Below, piece by piece: positions 36,390-45,958 of a stretch of DNA of 64,000 nt. The notes beneath the pieces were generated by a model that was not told where the DNA came from, searched no databases, and saw nothing but the letters and a program-made list of their open reading frames with translations. The stretch comes from an uncultured bacterium. GTDB lineage: Bacteria; Patescibacteriota; Minisyncoccia; UBA6257; 2-01-FULL-56-20. The DNA lies in contig OY970354.1 of the NCBI GenBank assembly GCA_963718515.1, forward strand, positions 566,808-630,807, given 5' to 3'. A program made the position numbers and the translations under genes. Each line of letters opens with the position of its first letter. Within the stretch, counting starts at the first letter, position 1.

Positions 36390-36893
36390 ATGGTTCCGGA
36401 AATTGTTACCGTTGCAGAAAAAAAAGATGAAAAGTTTTTGCGAAAAAAAACCGTGCCGTTCGATTTTAAACAATTCACGCGGAAGGAAGTGAATGACCTG
36501 ATCGTGCGCATGCGCCGCGTCATGCATGCCGCGAATGGCATCGGACTTTCCGCCAACCAGATCGGTTTGAGCTTTGCAGTGTTCGTGGCCGAGGTTCCCG
36601 ACGCGCAGGGTGGCACAAAATTTTACGTGGTGTTCAATCCTAAAATAGATAAAGTGGAGAAAACGACGATTACTTTTGAAGAAGGCTGTTTGAGCATCCC
36701 GGGCGTGTGGGGCGAAGTAACGCGCGCGGAACAGATCGTCGTGAGCGGCTTCAATAAGATGGGCAAACCGGTCAAAGTGAAGGCGTGGGGATTGCTCTCG
36801 CGGATATTCCAACATGAGATCGACCATTTGAATGGAAAGCTGTTCATTGATCGCGCGAAGAAGGTATATACGTCGGAACAAACCTCCGAATGA
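36390..36893 (+). CDS. def: peptide deformylase
   Basis: GIGLSANQIG, EGCLSIPG, HEIDHLNG. Confidence 0.95.
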   Translation: MVPEIVTVAEKKDEKFLRKKTVPFDFKQFTRKEVNDLIVRMRRVMHAANGIGLSANQIGLSFAVFVAEVPDAQGGTKFYVVFNPKIDKVEKTTITFEEGCLSIPGVWGEVTRAEQIVVSGFNKMGKPVKVKAWGLLSRIFQHEIDHLNGKLFIDRAKKVYTSEQTSE

Positions 36894-37777
36894 ACGGCGA
36901 AGCAACCATGAAATATATTTTCTTTGGCACGCCGCGCTTTGCGGAGATCGTCTTGCGCGGGTTGATCCTCAATGGAGGCATGCCGCCGCCCGTCGCGCTC
37001 GTTTGTAATCCAGACCGGCCGCTCGGCAGGAAGCATATCATCACTCCCCCGCCAACAAAGCAGTTGATCCAGAAATCCCAGACCGTGTCCGGCGAAAACG
37101 CGCCCACGAAAATCCTTCAGCCGGAAAAACTGGACGAGAATTTTATTGCCGAACTCCGCGCCCTTGCTCCCGATTTTTTTGTGGTCGCGGCGTATGCAAA
37201 GATCATTCCGGCGTCGGTGCTTGCAATCCCGCGCTTGGGCACGCTCGGCACTCATCCGTCGCTCTTGCCCCAATATCGCGGCGCATCGCCCATACAGTCG
37301 GCCATTTTGGCAGGCGAGACAACCACCGGCTCGACGATTTACCAGATGGATGAAAAGATGGACCATGGCGGAATCTTTACTCAGGGGGATTTGCCGCTTG
37401 ATGCACTCGCGACGAATTATCTCGCGCTCGAAGAACAGTTAGCCACGCTCTCCGCAGAGCTTTTGATAAAAATAATTCCTACGTTGTTGGACGGCACTGC
37501 TCAGGCACAAACGCAGGATGAGTCGCTTGCAACATTTACAAAAAAATTCACCACGGAAAGCGGTTTCGTAAAAGAGAGCGAGCTCGATGCGGCGCTTGCG
37601 GGCAATAGCGATAAGACGGAACTGATCCTGCGGACTATCCACGCGCTCACGCCCGAGCCGGGAGCCTGGACGATCAAAGATGGCAAGCGGATAAAATTAC
37701 TCGAGGCGCGAATAGATGGCGGCGCATTAAAATTTATTAAAATTCAGGAAGAAGGCCAAAAGCCCAGGCAGGCATAG
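36890..37777 (+). CDS. fmt: methionyl-tRNA formyltransferase
   Basis: IFFGTPRFA, HPSLLPQYRGASPIQSAIL. ATGA overlap with def (alternative start 36908). Confidence 0.9.
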   Translation: MNGEATMKYIFFGTPRFAEIVLRGLILNGGMPPPVALVCNPDRPLGRKHIITPPPTKQLIQKSQTVSGENAPTKILQPEKLDENFIAELRALAPDFFVVAAYAKIIPASVLAIPRLGTLGTHPSLLPQYRGASPIQSAILAGETTTGSTIYQMDEKMDHGGIFTQGDLPLDALATNYLALEEQLATLSAELLIKIIPTLLDGTAQAQTQDESLATFTKKFTTESGFVKESELDAALAGNSDKTELILRTIHALTPEPGAWTIKDGKRIKLLEARIDGGALKFIKIQEEGQKPRQA

Positions 37778-37806
37778 GCGCACATGGCCATATAAAAATC
37801 CCTTTT

Positions 37807-38433
37807 CTATAAAAGGGATTTTTTGTACGCTTCTTCCACCGCTTCCCAGTTCACCACATTCCACCAGGCCTCGATATAATCCGGGCGCTTGTTCTGATAT
37901 TTTAAATAGTACGCGTGCTCCCAGACGTCGAGCGCGAGCACCGGCTTTTGATGTTTACTGATCGGGCTGTCCTGATTCGGCGTGGAGGTCACAAGAAGTT
38001 TCCCGCTCCCAGGATCCATCACGAGCCATACCCAACCGGAGCCGAAGACACCGGTGGCGGCCTTTGTAAACTCTTCTTTGAATTTTGCCACATCACCAAA
38101 AGTACTCTTGATCGCATCAGCCACGGCACCCACCGGCTCCTTGCCGACGTTCGGCATATTGGCGCCCATGATCGTCCAAAAGAACGAATGATTGCTGTGT
38201 CCGCCGCCATGGTTACGCACCGCCGTGCGGATATCCTCCGACACCGCGTCGAGATCGCCAAGCAACTCCTCGAGCGGCTTGTCCGCGATCTCGGGATGCT
38301 TACCAAGCGCCTCGTTTAGCTTCGTCACGTAGGTCTGATGATGCTTGGTGTAGTGGATCTCCATCGTCTTCGCATCGATGTACGGCTCGAGCGCGTCGTA
38401 GCCATAAGGAAGTTTTGGAAGTTCGTATTTCAT
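37807..38433 (-). CDS. Fe/Mn superoxide dismutase
   Basis: [32 protein letters not shown]. Confidence 0.95.
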   Translation of the reverse strand: MKYELPKLPYGYDALEPYIDAKTMEIHYTKHHQTYVTKLNEALGKHPEIADKPLEELLGDLDAVSEDIRTAVRNHGGGHSNHSFFWTIMGANMPNVGKEPVGAVADAIKSTFGDVAKFKEEFTKAATGVFGSGWVWLVMDPGSGKLLVTSTPNQDSPISKHQKPVLALDVWEHAYYLKYQNKRPDYIEAWWNVVNWEAVEEAYKKSLL

Positions 38434-38499
38434 ATTTTTATGATTTTATTATATCACAGGGTTGCGAGATGCTATGGTTTATAATAGATTATACAAGAA

Positions 38500-38570
38500 T
38501 GCGGGGTCGTCTAACGGCAGGACATGGGACTTTGAATCCCAGTATGAAGGTCCGACTCCTTCCCCCGCAG
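38500..38570 (+). tRNA. tRNA-Gln (anticodon UUG), CCA not encoded
   Basis: Manual cloverleaf. Acceptor stem TGCGGGG/CCCCGCA (U1-A72). Anticodon arm TGGGA-CTTTGAA-TCCCA. T arm GAAGG-TCCGACT-CCTTC. Confidence 0.85.
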
Positions 38571-38611
38571 CCGATTGCATTTACTCTCCTTATGAAATTC
38601 TTCCAAAACAT

Positions 38612-38794
38612 TTATTTCTTGGAACTCACCTTCCTCTCTGCCTTCTCTAAGGCTTTACTCAAAGAGGAAAAACCCTCTTTTTTTAAGAATTTTCCCAACG
38701 TCATATCTGATCTGACGCCAAAGCCAACCCCATATTTTTTTTCTATGGTGCCTATTTTTGTATCTGTCCGTTTTTTTCTAAAATTTGTTGCCAT
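38612..38794 (-). CDS. small basic protein, unknown function
   Basis: MATNFRKKRTDTKIGTIEKKYGVGFG...; the ORF track gives 38806 as an alternative start. Confidence 0.4.
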   Translation of the reverse strand: MATNFRKKRTDTKIGTIEKKYGVGFGVRSDMTLGKFLKKEGFSSLSKALEKAERKVSSKK

Positions 38795-38854
38795 ATATTT
38801 GTACACTCATTATATCACGAGTGCATTAAAAGAATATTAACCAACTAAAACTCC

Positions 38855-39538
38855 CTAAAACTCTTTAGACTCCCCTGCGCCGAGTGCGACGAATTCTGAT
38901 CCGTCTTCCTTCAGAAAATTATTAAGCATCGTGGCGACAAATCCGCCGAAGCCGGGAACGATCATGCCGTCGTGCACGGGGAACGCGATGCGTGGCTTGA
39001 CCGCGCGCGCAAAGTCGATCGCCTCGCTGATCTTCATCCATGGGCCGGCCGTGGGGAGCGCGAGCACGTCAACGGGCCGCGCCGGGTTATGAAATGAATC
39101 ACCGGGGAAATAAAATTTGCCAGCAACCATATAGCCGGTGTTCTCGCACTGCCCCATCGTGCCGTAGATGATCGCGTGATCTTTGCCGAAGCCTTCTATC
39201 AAGACGCCGGCGACCGTTGCGGATTGTCCGTCGCCCACCACCGTGCACGGAATGTTCTTCTCCGCGAGCAGTTTGGCCACCGCGCTGTTACTCACCACCG
39301 TTGCCGTCGGATTGTTCTTGAGTACCGCCTCGATCGATTCGATATGGAAGTGATCCGCGTGCTCGTGGGTTATTAAAATAACATTAACGCCTGTCACCGC
39401 CTTGACTGGCTCGGTTGTAAATGTACCCGGGTCGGTGAGGACCTTAACGCCCACGGCACTTCCCGCGCCTGCCGCGCCGCTAGCGCCTTCTTTTATTTCG
39501 AGAACCAGGCAACAATGTCCAAATTTTGTGATGTTCAT
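38855..39538 (-). CDS. MBL-fold metallo-hydrolase
   Basis: ILITHEHADHFH motif. Start trimmed to MNITKFGHCCLVLEI. Confidence 0.8.
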   Translation of the reverse strand: MNITKFGHCCLVLEIKEGASGAAGAGSAVGVKVLTDPGTFTTEPVKAVTGVNVILITHEHADHFHIESIEAVLKNNPTATVVSNSAVAKLLAEKNIPCTVVGDGQSATVAGVLIEGFGKDHAIIYGTMGQCENTGYMVAGKFYFPGDSFHNPARPVDVLALPTAGPWMKISEAIDFARAVKPRIAFPVHDGMIVPGFGGFVATMLNNFLKEDGSEFVALGAGESKEF

Positions 39539-39574
39539 ATAGGTATTATAGCAGAAAAGTGATAGTTTTATTTC

Positions 39575-39823
39575 ATGGCCACCTATTATTTCGTCTATCT
39601 GCTGCAATGCGCCGACGATACCATCTACACCGGGATCACGACGGACGTCGCGCGGCGGTTTGCGGAACACAAGCGCGGCATCGGCGCGCGCTACACCCGC
39701 TCGCGCGGTGCGCTTAAAATGCTTTACACGGAACGATATCGCACGCGAAGCCGCGCACAGAAGCGTGAAGCGGAGATAAAGAAGTGGAGGAGGGGGAGGA
39801 AATTAAGGATTGCTGGCTTATAA
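39575..39823 (+). CDS. GIY-YIG nuclease-domain protein (UPF0213/YhbQ-like)
   Basis: YYFVYLLQC..DTIYTGITTDVARRFAEHK...YTERY...AQKREAEIKKW. Confidence 0.85.
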   Translation: MATYYFVYLLQCADDTIYTGITTDVARRFAEHKRGIGARYTRSRGALKMLYTERYRTRSRAQKREAEIKKWRRGRKLRIAGL

Positions 39824-40390
39824 AAGCGATTCTTTTTTGCCGTATGCAATAAGTGCGTCGGATATATCCGTTTTGCGAGTGTCCCCAAAGACGCGCATTA
39901 CGTAGTGATGCTTGATGGCGATAATACTTATCGCCCAGAGGAATTATTGCGCCTCATCGAACCCATCGATTCGGGTTTTTGTAATGTGGTCATTGGATCG
40001 CGGCTCACCGGCCGGATACTCGAGGGGTCAATGACGCTTTTCAATCGTTTTGGCAATTGGCTGTATTCGGGCCTCGTCCGGTGGTTCTATGGCGTAAATG
40101 TGACGGATGTTTTAACCGGTTACTTTGCATGGAATCGTGAAGCGGTCGAGCGATTGCTCCCTCATTTAAAATCCGACGGCTTTGCTATAGAGATGGAGAT
40201 GATAACGAAGATGGCACGCTTGGGTGAAGATATCTATTCCGTGCCCGTCACATATCATCCCCGCATTGGCGAAACCAATTTAAATCCCATATCGGATGGG
40301 ATACGAATTCTGTGGATGTTCGCGAAAAATCTGCGCTGGAAACCTTTTGCGGAGGATCCGAGACGAAGAAGTCAGGTTGAGGAAGCATAG
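39824..40390 (+). pseudogene. 5'-truncated family-2 glycosyltransferase (Dpm1-like C-terminal part)
   Basis: Homology starts at ...HYVVMLDGDNTYRPEEL (the DxD region). The roughly 90-100-aa N-terminal Rossmann part is absent. The frame opens directly after the GIY-YIG stop codon. Confidence 0.6.
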
Positions 40391-40399
40391 ATCATAAGC

Positions 40400-41542
40400 A
40401 TGATGTCCAGGTCGAAAAACATCGTCATAGTCACCCACCACTACCCTCCGCATATCACGGGGGTTGGTTTTGTTGCGCAAAGCCAGGCGAAGCGCCTCGC
40501 CGCGCTCGGATATACCGTGACACTCATTACGAGCAAAACCGCCCCCGACGAAGTAAGCCGCATTGATAATGGTATCAACGTGATCGGGGTTCCTGCGTGG
40601 AATATTTCAGAAAAGTGGGGCGCCCCGTTCCCATTCTTTTCGCCGATGCTCTTGCTCGTACTTTTTAAATATATTCGCCGTGGGGACATCGTACATATCC
40701 ATGACTCTTTTTATATGAGCTCATTCTTTGCCACCATCGTTGCCAAGCTTTATAGGAAACCACTTGCCCTCACCCAACACGTTGCAATGATAAACCATCC
40801 GAGCAAGATTGTTATGATTGTGCAGAAAGCCATGTATGCGACGATGGGGACGGCGATATATCGGATGAGCGATGTTATCTATACCTTTAACGACCGCATC
40901 GAACAATTTCTTATACAGCGAGGGGTTCCACGAGAAAAGATCGTTTCGCTCCCGAATGGCGTTGATACCGAAATCTTCCATCCTATAACATCGGCCGAAA
41001 AGAAACTGCTCCGCAAAAAACTCGGCATTGAGCCGAATAAAAAAATGATCCTGTTCGTGGGAAGGCCCGTACCAAAAAAGGGTTTTGATAAGGTGCTCGC
41101 CGCGCGCAGTGATGAATATCAAATCGTGTGCGCCGGTGGGAATGTTCCCAAAGAAAAATTCGGGAATGTAATCTTCCTTGGAACACTTGACCAAATAAAG
41201 TTGGCACAGGTGTATCAAGCGGCGGATATTTTTTTATTGCCTTCCGAGAGCGAAGGGTTCCCTCTCTCTGTCCAAGAAGCAATGGCATCGGGTCTGCCAA
41301 TTATCACGAGTAATGACGAAGGGTATAAACGCTATAATCTTGATAAGGCGCTCGTGTGTCTCATTGACCACCCAAACGAGGCATCTGTTCGCGCTGCCAT
41401 TAGATCATTGATAGATGATCATGCCCGACTCAAAAAGATGAGCGACTATTCGGAACAGTACGCAAAAAAACACTTCAGTTGGCAGTTGATCATTGCCCGA
41501 CTTGATAAGACCTACGATAATCTTCTTTCGCAAAAAGCATGA
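40400..41542 (+). CDS. GT4-family (GT-B) glycosyltransferase
   Basis: IVIVTHHYPPHITGVG; ESEGFPLSVQEAMASGLPIITS. Confidence 0.85.
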   Translation: MMSRSKNIVIVTHHYPPHITGVGFVAQSQAKRLAALGYTVTLITSKTAPDEVSRIDNGINVIGVPAWNISEKWGAPFPFFSPMLLLVLFKYIRRGDIVHIHDSFYMSSFFATIVAKLYRKPLALTQHVAMINHPSKIVMIVQKAMYATMGTAIYRMSDVIYTFNDRIEQFLIQRGVPREKIVSLPNGVDTEIFHPITSAEKKLLRKKLGIEPNKKMILFVGRPVPKKGFDKVLAARSDEYQIVCAGGNVPKEKFGNVIFLGTLDQIKLAQVYQAADIFLLPSESEGFPLSVQEAMASGLPIITSNDEGYKRYNLDKALVCLIDHPNEASVRAAIRSLIDDHARLKKMSDYSEQYAKKHFSWQLIIARLDKTYDNLLSQKA

Positions 41543-44442
41543 AACCGATATTCGTAACCACGAGCTGGGATGACGGCCATAAGCTCGACGTGCGGTTGGC
41601 CGCATTGCTAAAAAAATATGGCATTAAGGGAACTTTTTATATTGCCCCAAAAGATTACGAAGCCGCGTCAGAAGAGCGCCTCACGGAAACGCAGATAAAA
41701 ACGCTCAGCGAGTCATTTGAGATCGGCGCGCATACGATGACGCACGCGCACCTTACAAAACTCTCCGACTCCGAGGCAAAAAAAGAAATTGAGGATTCAA
41801 AACACCATCTCGAATCGGTGACCGGCAAACTCGTGACTGCATTCTGCTATCCGCGCGGTGAATACCGTAAAAAACACGTGGAGATGGTCCGTGGCGCTGG
41901 CTTTGTTTATGCACGCACCGTCGAACGGAACTCGATGGCGCTCAACGATCCCCCACTTGAGGCGCGCACCACGGTCAATACCTATAATCATTATTCGGAT
42001 CTTTCGAACATCGTATATAACTTCCAATGGGATACATTGGCCAAAGCGCGGTTCGATGAAGTACTCGCAAACGGCGGTGTGTTCCACTTATGGGGTCATT
42101 CGTGGGAAATAGAAGAGCACAACGACTGGGAAAAATTGGAAGACGTGTTGGCTTATATTGCACACAAAGAGAAGGTGAAGTATGTAACAAACAGCGAACT
42201 GATCTCTCTCCGGCCGAGAAAACTTCTCATCGCCATCCCTTATTTTCCTCCGTATCATGGGGGCACGCAGGTCTATGCCTACAATATCGCAAAGCGTCTG
42301 CAAAACAACTTCGGATGGGACGTACGCATCGCAACCTCTGGTGAGCGAGGCGGAAAAGTCGTCGAGGATGAATATGACGGTTTAAAAATATATCGCCTCC
42401 CCTATTGGTTTAAGATATCAAACACCCCGATAAATTTTATGTGGCCATTCATGCTGAGGCGGATCATAAATAAAGAGGAGTTTTCCGTCATCAATGCGCA
42501 CGGCCCGGTGCCATTCATGAGCGATATGGTCGGCATGGTCGCAGGAAAAATCCCCTTCATACTGACGTATCACACCGGCAGTATGAAGAAAAAGTACATC
42601 ATGCCGAATATCTTGATCTGGCTGTACGAGAACGGCCCGCTCCACTTACTACTCCGCCGCGCGGACTTCATTGCCTGTCCCTCCGACTTTGTACGGTTTG
42701 GGTTCCTGAATTATTACTCATACAAGAGCACAACGATCACGCCGGGCGTGGATATGGATATATTTCAGCCGGGGCCGCGTGGTGATGGCCCACGAACGAT
42801 TCTTTTTGTTGCAGGACTCACCCGATCGGAACAACACAAGGGTCTTCCTATCCTTATAGACGCCTTCGCCATGTTGCATAAAGAAATGCCGGACGTTCAA
42901 TTGATGATCGTGGGCGAGGGCAATATGAGACCCGAGTACGAAGAGAGCGTCACAAAGCTTGGCCTACAAGAACGCGTTACATTCACAGGCAGGTTGGATA
43001 ATCAACAGCTCGTGCGTGCGTATCAACATTCGGATCTTTTTGTCCTGCCATCGCTCGCGCCGGCGGAAAGCTTTGGCATGGTGCTCGTGGAAGCCATGGC
43101 ATCGGGCAAACCGGTAATCGGCTCAAAAGCGGGTGGTATTCCTCTCGTTATTGATGATGAAAAAACGGGCCTGCTCGTAGAGTCGAACAATTCCAAATCA
43201 CTAGCATCCGCCATTAAACGGTTATTGGATGACCCAGCACTTGCAAAACAATTGAGCGAGGCCGGCCGGGAAAAAGCGGCGACTCAATATAACTGGGGAG
43301 CAAAAGCAAAACAATATAATCTTCTTTTTAAGACGATGCCTAGTAGAATGCAAAGAATTATCCAGGTCGTCGGATACTATCCGCCACATATCGGAGGTAT
43401 GGAAGTGGTGGCAAAAGAGATTTCGCTTGAACTTGCCCAGCAAAATTATCCAATAACAGTCTTCACTTCGGATGTTGGTGCAAAGAATATGATTGACGAC
43501 GAACGGAATTATCGGGTGGAGCGTTTCTATACGAATGAGATTGCGCATACTCCAATTCTCTGGTCATTGCCGTTCCGCCTGCTTACGCTACCCAAAAATT
43601 CCCTACTGCACGTCCACGCTGCGCAAGCAGGAATCCCTGAGGCGGCATTACTGGCAGCAAAAATAAGAAAATTCCCGCTCGTCATCCACTTCCATCTCGA
43701 TATCGGACCGTCAGGCTCCATGGGAGCATTACTCCCCTTCTATAAAAAATATTTCCTCGGCCGCGTATTACGCGGAGCAAGTAAGGTGATCGTTTTTTCG
43801 GAAGCTCAAGTGCAATTGCTCGAAGAAAAATATCGCGTTAAAAGATCGAATATCGCCATCGTTCCAAATGGTGTAAGCGATGTATTCTTTAATAAGAAGC
43901 GCCCGCTTGATGCGCACGATCCATTGCGCATTCTTTATGTCGGACGCCTTTCTGTGCAAAAACGGGCCGAGCGGCTTATTGAAGCGGTCTCACTTATCAA
44001 GATGCCCGTTGAACTTGCTCTCGTGGGCGATGGCGAAGACCGCGAAAAACTTGAGGATATGACCAAAAAACTTGGCCTTACTAATGTGTCGTTTAAGGGT
44101 AAAAGGTACGGAAGCAAGCTTATCTGCCAATATAATAAAGCTGATGCGTTTGCTATTGCTTCCGACATTGAAGGAATGCCACTCGTCGTCCTAGAAGCTA
44201 TGGCTAGTGGTTTACCGATCGTGGGATCGGACGTCCCCGGCATCCGCGAACTTGTTAAAGGCACCGGGATCCTCGTCAACGAACCATACCCAGAAAAATT
44301 TGCTGAAGCATTCACGCAATTGGCACAAAACCCCGCAGAACTCAAGAAACTTTCCATACAGAGCATGGAAAAGGCAAAAAACTATTCATGGAGAAATCTT
44401 ATCGAAAAATTGGCAATGATCTATGCTGAAATAACTCCATAA
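41539..44442 (+). CDS. 967-aa fusion: NodB-type polysaccharide deacetylase + two GT4 glycosyltransferase modules
   Basis: TTSWDDGH and GAHTMTHAH (NodB). ESFGMVLVEAMASGKPVIGS (GT4-1). EGMPLVVLEAMASGLPIVGS (GT4-2). One uninterrupted ORF. Confidence 0.85.
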   Translation: MKPIFVTTSWDDGHKLDVRLAALLKKYGIKGTFYIAPKDYEAASEERLTETQIKTLSESFEIGAHTMTHAHLTKLSDSEAKKEIEDSKHHLESVTGKLVTAFCYPRGEYRKKHVEMVRGAGFVYARTVERNSMALNDPPLEARTTVNTYNHYSDLSNIVYNFQWDTLAKARFDEVLANGGVFHLWGHSWEIEEHNDWEKLEDVLAYIAHKEKVKYVTNSELISLRPRKLLIAIPYFPPYHGGTQVYAYNIAKRLQNNFGWDVRIATSGERGGKVVEDEYDGLKIYRLPYWFKISNTPINFMWPFMLRRIINKEEFSVINAHGPVPFMSDMVGMVAGKIPFILTYHTGSMKKKYIMPNILIWLYENGPLHLLLRRADFIACPSDFVRFGFLNYYSYKSTTITPGVDMDIFQPGPRGDGPRTILFVAGLTRSEQHKGLPILIDAFAMLHKEMPDVQLMIVGEGNMRPEYEESVTKLGLQERVTFTGRLDNQQLVRAYQHSDLFVLPSLAPAESFGMVLVEAMASGKPVIGSKAGGIPLVIDDEKTGLLVESNNSKSLASAIKRLLDDPALAKQLSEAGREKAATQYNWGAKAKQYNLLFKTMPSRMQRIIQVVGYYPPHIGGMEVVAKEISLELAQQNYPITVFTSDVGAKNMIDDERNYRVERFYTNEIAHTPILWSLPFRLLTLPKNSLLHVHAAQAGIPEAALLAAKIRKFPLVIHFHLDIGPSGSMGALLPFYKKYFLGRVLRGASKVIVFSEAQVQLLEEKYRVKRSNIAIVPNGVSDVFFNKKRPLDAHDPLRILYVGRLSVQKRAERLIEAVSLIKMPVELALVGDGEDREKLEDMTKKLGLTNVSFKGKRYGSKLICQYNKADAFAIASDIEGMPLVVLEAMASGLPIVGSDVPGIRELVKGTGILVNEPYPEKFAEAFTQLAQNPAELKKLSIQSMEKAKNYSWRNLIEKLAMIYAEITP

Positions 44443-44446
44443 AACC

Positions 44447-45217
44447 ATGATTATTAAACGGGGCCATTTCTTAATCGCAATCTTAGCCTGGTTTGGAATA
44501 TTCCTTGCGCTTTCGCTCACAAACTACAACGGCTTTGAATTGCTCAATATCGTCGGATTTATTTCCTTGGCAATTTTGCCGGGGCTTTTGACTATCGTCA
44601 TCAGCAAGATAAAAGGCCTTCCCTTCTGGGGATATACGTCGCTCACGGTCGGCTTCAGTCTTCTTGAGCTTATGCTCATAGCGCTCATCGGCAACACATT
44701 CCTGCCATTTGCAGGGATCGCGCGGCCGCTCGACAAGCCAGTGCTCCTGCTTGAACTCTATCTTTTGATTGGCATACTTGCCGCAATCGCATGGATACGG
44801 ATGCAAGATTTCCAGATTACCGTAAAAAAATATTTTTTCTTTGATAATCTCCGCGATCTTTTGCTGGCGTTCACTCCGATCGTCTTTGTAGTACTCAGTA
44901 TTCTAGGAGCCATCCGGCTGAACAACGGGGGCAGTGATATTTTAACAATGATCATGTTAGGCGGAATGGGTGCTTATATTTTGGTATTGATCCACTATAA
45001 CCAAGAGTGCGACGAGAATACGCTTCCGACGGCAATATTCTTCATGGCGTTATCCTTGCTTTTAATGACCAGCTTCCGCGGCTGGTTCGTAACAGGACAC
45101 GATATTCAAACGGAGACTCAATTCTTTGAATTGGCAAAGAACAGCGGTTTTTGGAATATATCGGCTACGAGCGACGCGTATAACGCCGTATTCGAAGCAT
45201 GGTCGCTAATACGGTAG
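44447..45217 (+). CDS. polytopic membrane protein, probably the N-terminal part of a larger glycan-assembly membrane protein (truncated?)
   Basis: About 8 TM segments. The ORF ends inside sequence that encodes the opposite-strand pyruvyl-transferase fragment. Confidence 0.4.
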   Translation: MIIKRGHFLIAILAWFGIFLALSLTNYNGFELLNIVGFISLAILPGLLTIVISKIKGLPFWGYTSLTVGFSLLELMLIALIGNTFLPFAGIARPLDKPVLLLELYLLIGILAAIAWIRMQDFQITVKKYFFFDNLRDLLLAFTPIVFVVLSILGAIRLNNGGSDILTMIMLGGMGAYILVLIHYNQECDENTLPTAIFFMALSLLLMTSFRGWFVTGHDIQTETQFFELAKNSGFWNISATSDAYNAVFEAWSLIR

Positions 45218-45956
45218 CGTGAAGTTTTAATCCAATAAATAAGTCGCATTTGTCTAGCTCCTGTAGATAATATGAAACTGTGTTGTAAGCTGTAATGATC
45301 CGACACTTCGGATCATTAATTTGTTCCGAAACATACTGGGATAAAGCGAGATCGTCTCTCCAAATAGGCAAAATCCTGATATCAAAGCCATCGTTAATGA
45401 GCTTTTGCACGCTCATTAATATTTCTTTTTTAAATATATCTGGATTGCCCCACATCGCGTTGTCGGCCCCAAGAGAAATATTGAGTCCAATGATTTTTCT
45501 TCCCTTTCTTTCTCGATAGCTTTCGCTCGCAAGCGTCAACGCGGTATCTCCAACAACCTCCACATCAAGTCCTGCTTCCGCAAGACGTTTTCGTGATAGA
45601 GGACCCCTTACTCCAACGTAAATAAATTTTTTTAATAACAATACCCATTTTTTGATCTCATTTGCTGTGTGTACCGTTTGATGATCTTTCCAAAATTCCC
45701 GTGCCGCAACTCCTGTGCCGAGACAAAACATTGGAATGTTTCTATTAACGATATGCTCTGTTTGCGCCAGATAATCTTTGGACTGATTAATAAGCGTGCC
45801 ACCACCCAGGGCAACATACCCAAATGGAATGTCACGACCTAATAAAGAGCTTACCAATTTCGTAGGTCTACCCATTCTGAACTCTATAAAGTTACTATCA
45901 GGGAAAAGTTTCTGATATGCTTCGTAGATAGCCTCATCTCCGAGATTCCCATAACC
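45165..45956 (-). pseudogene. polysaccharide pyruvyl transferase fragment (no start codon, disturbed C-terminus)
   Basis: The frame opens right after a TGA with GYGNLGDEAIYEAYQKLFPD (the normal near-N-terminal motif). The C-terminal homology may continue in another frame to about 45118. Confidence 0.55.
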
Positions 45957-45958
45957 TC

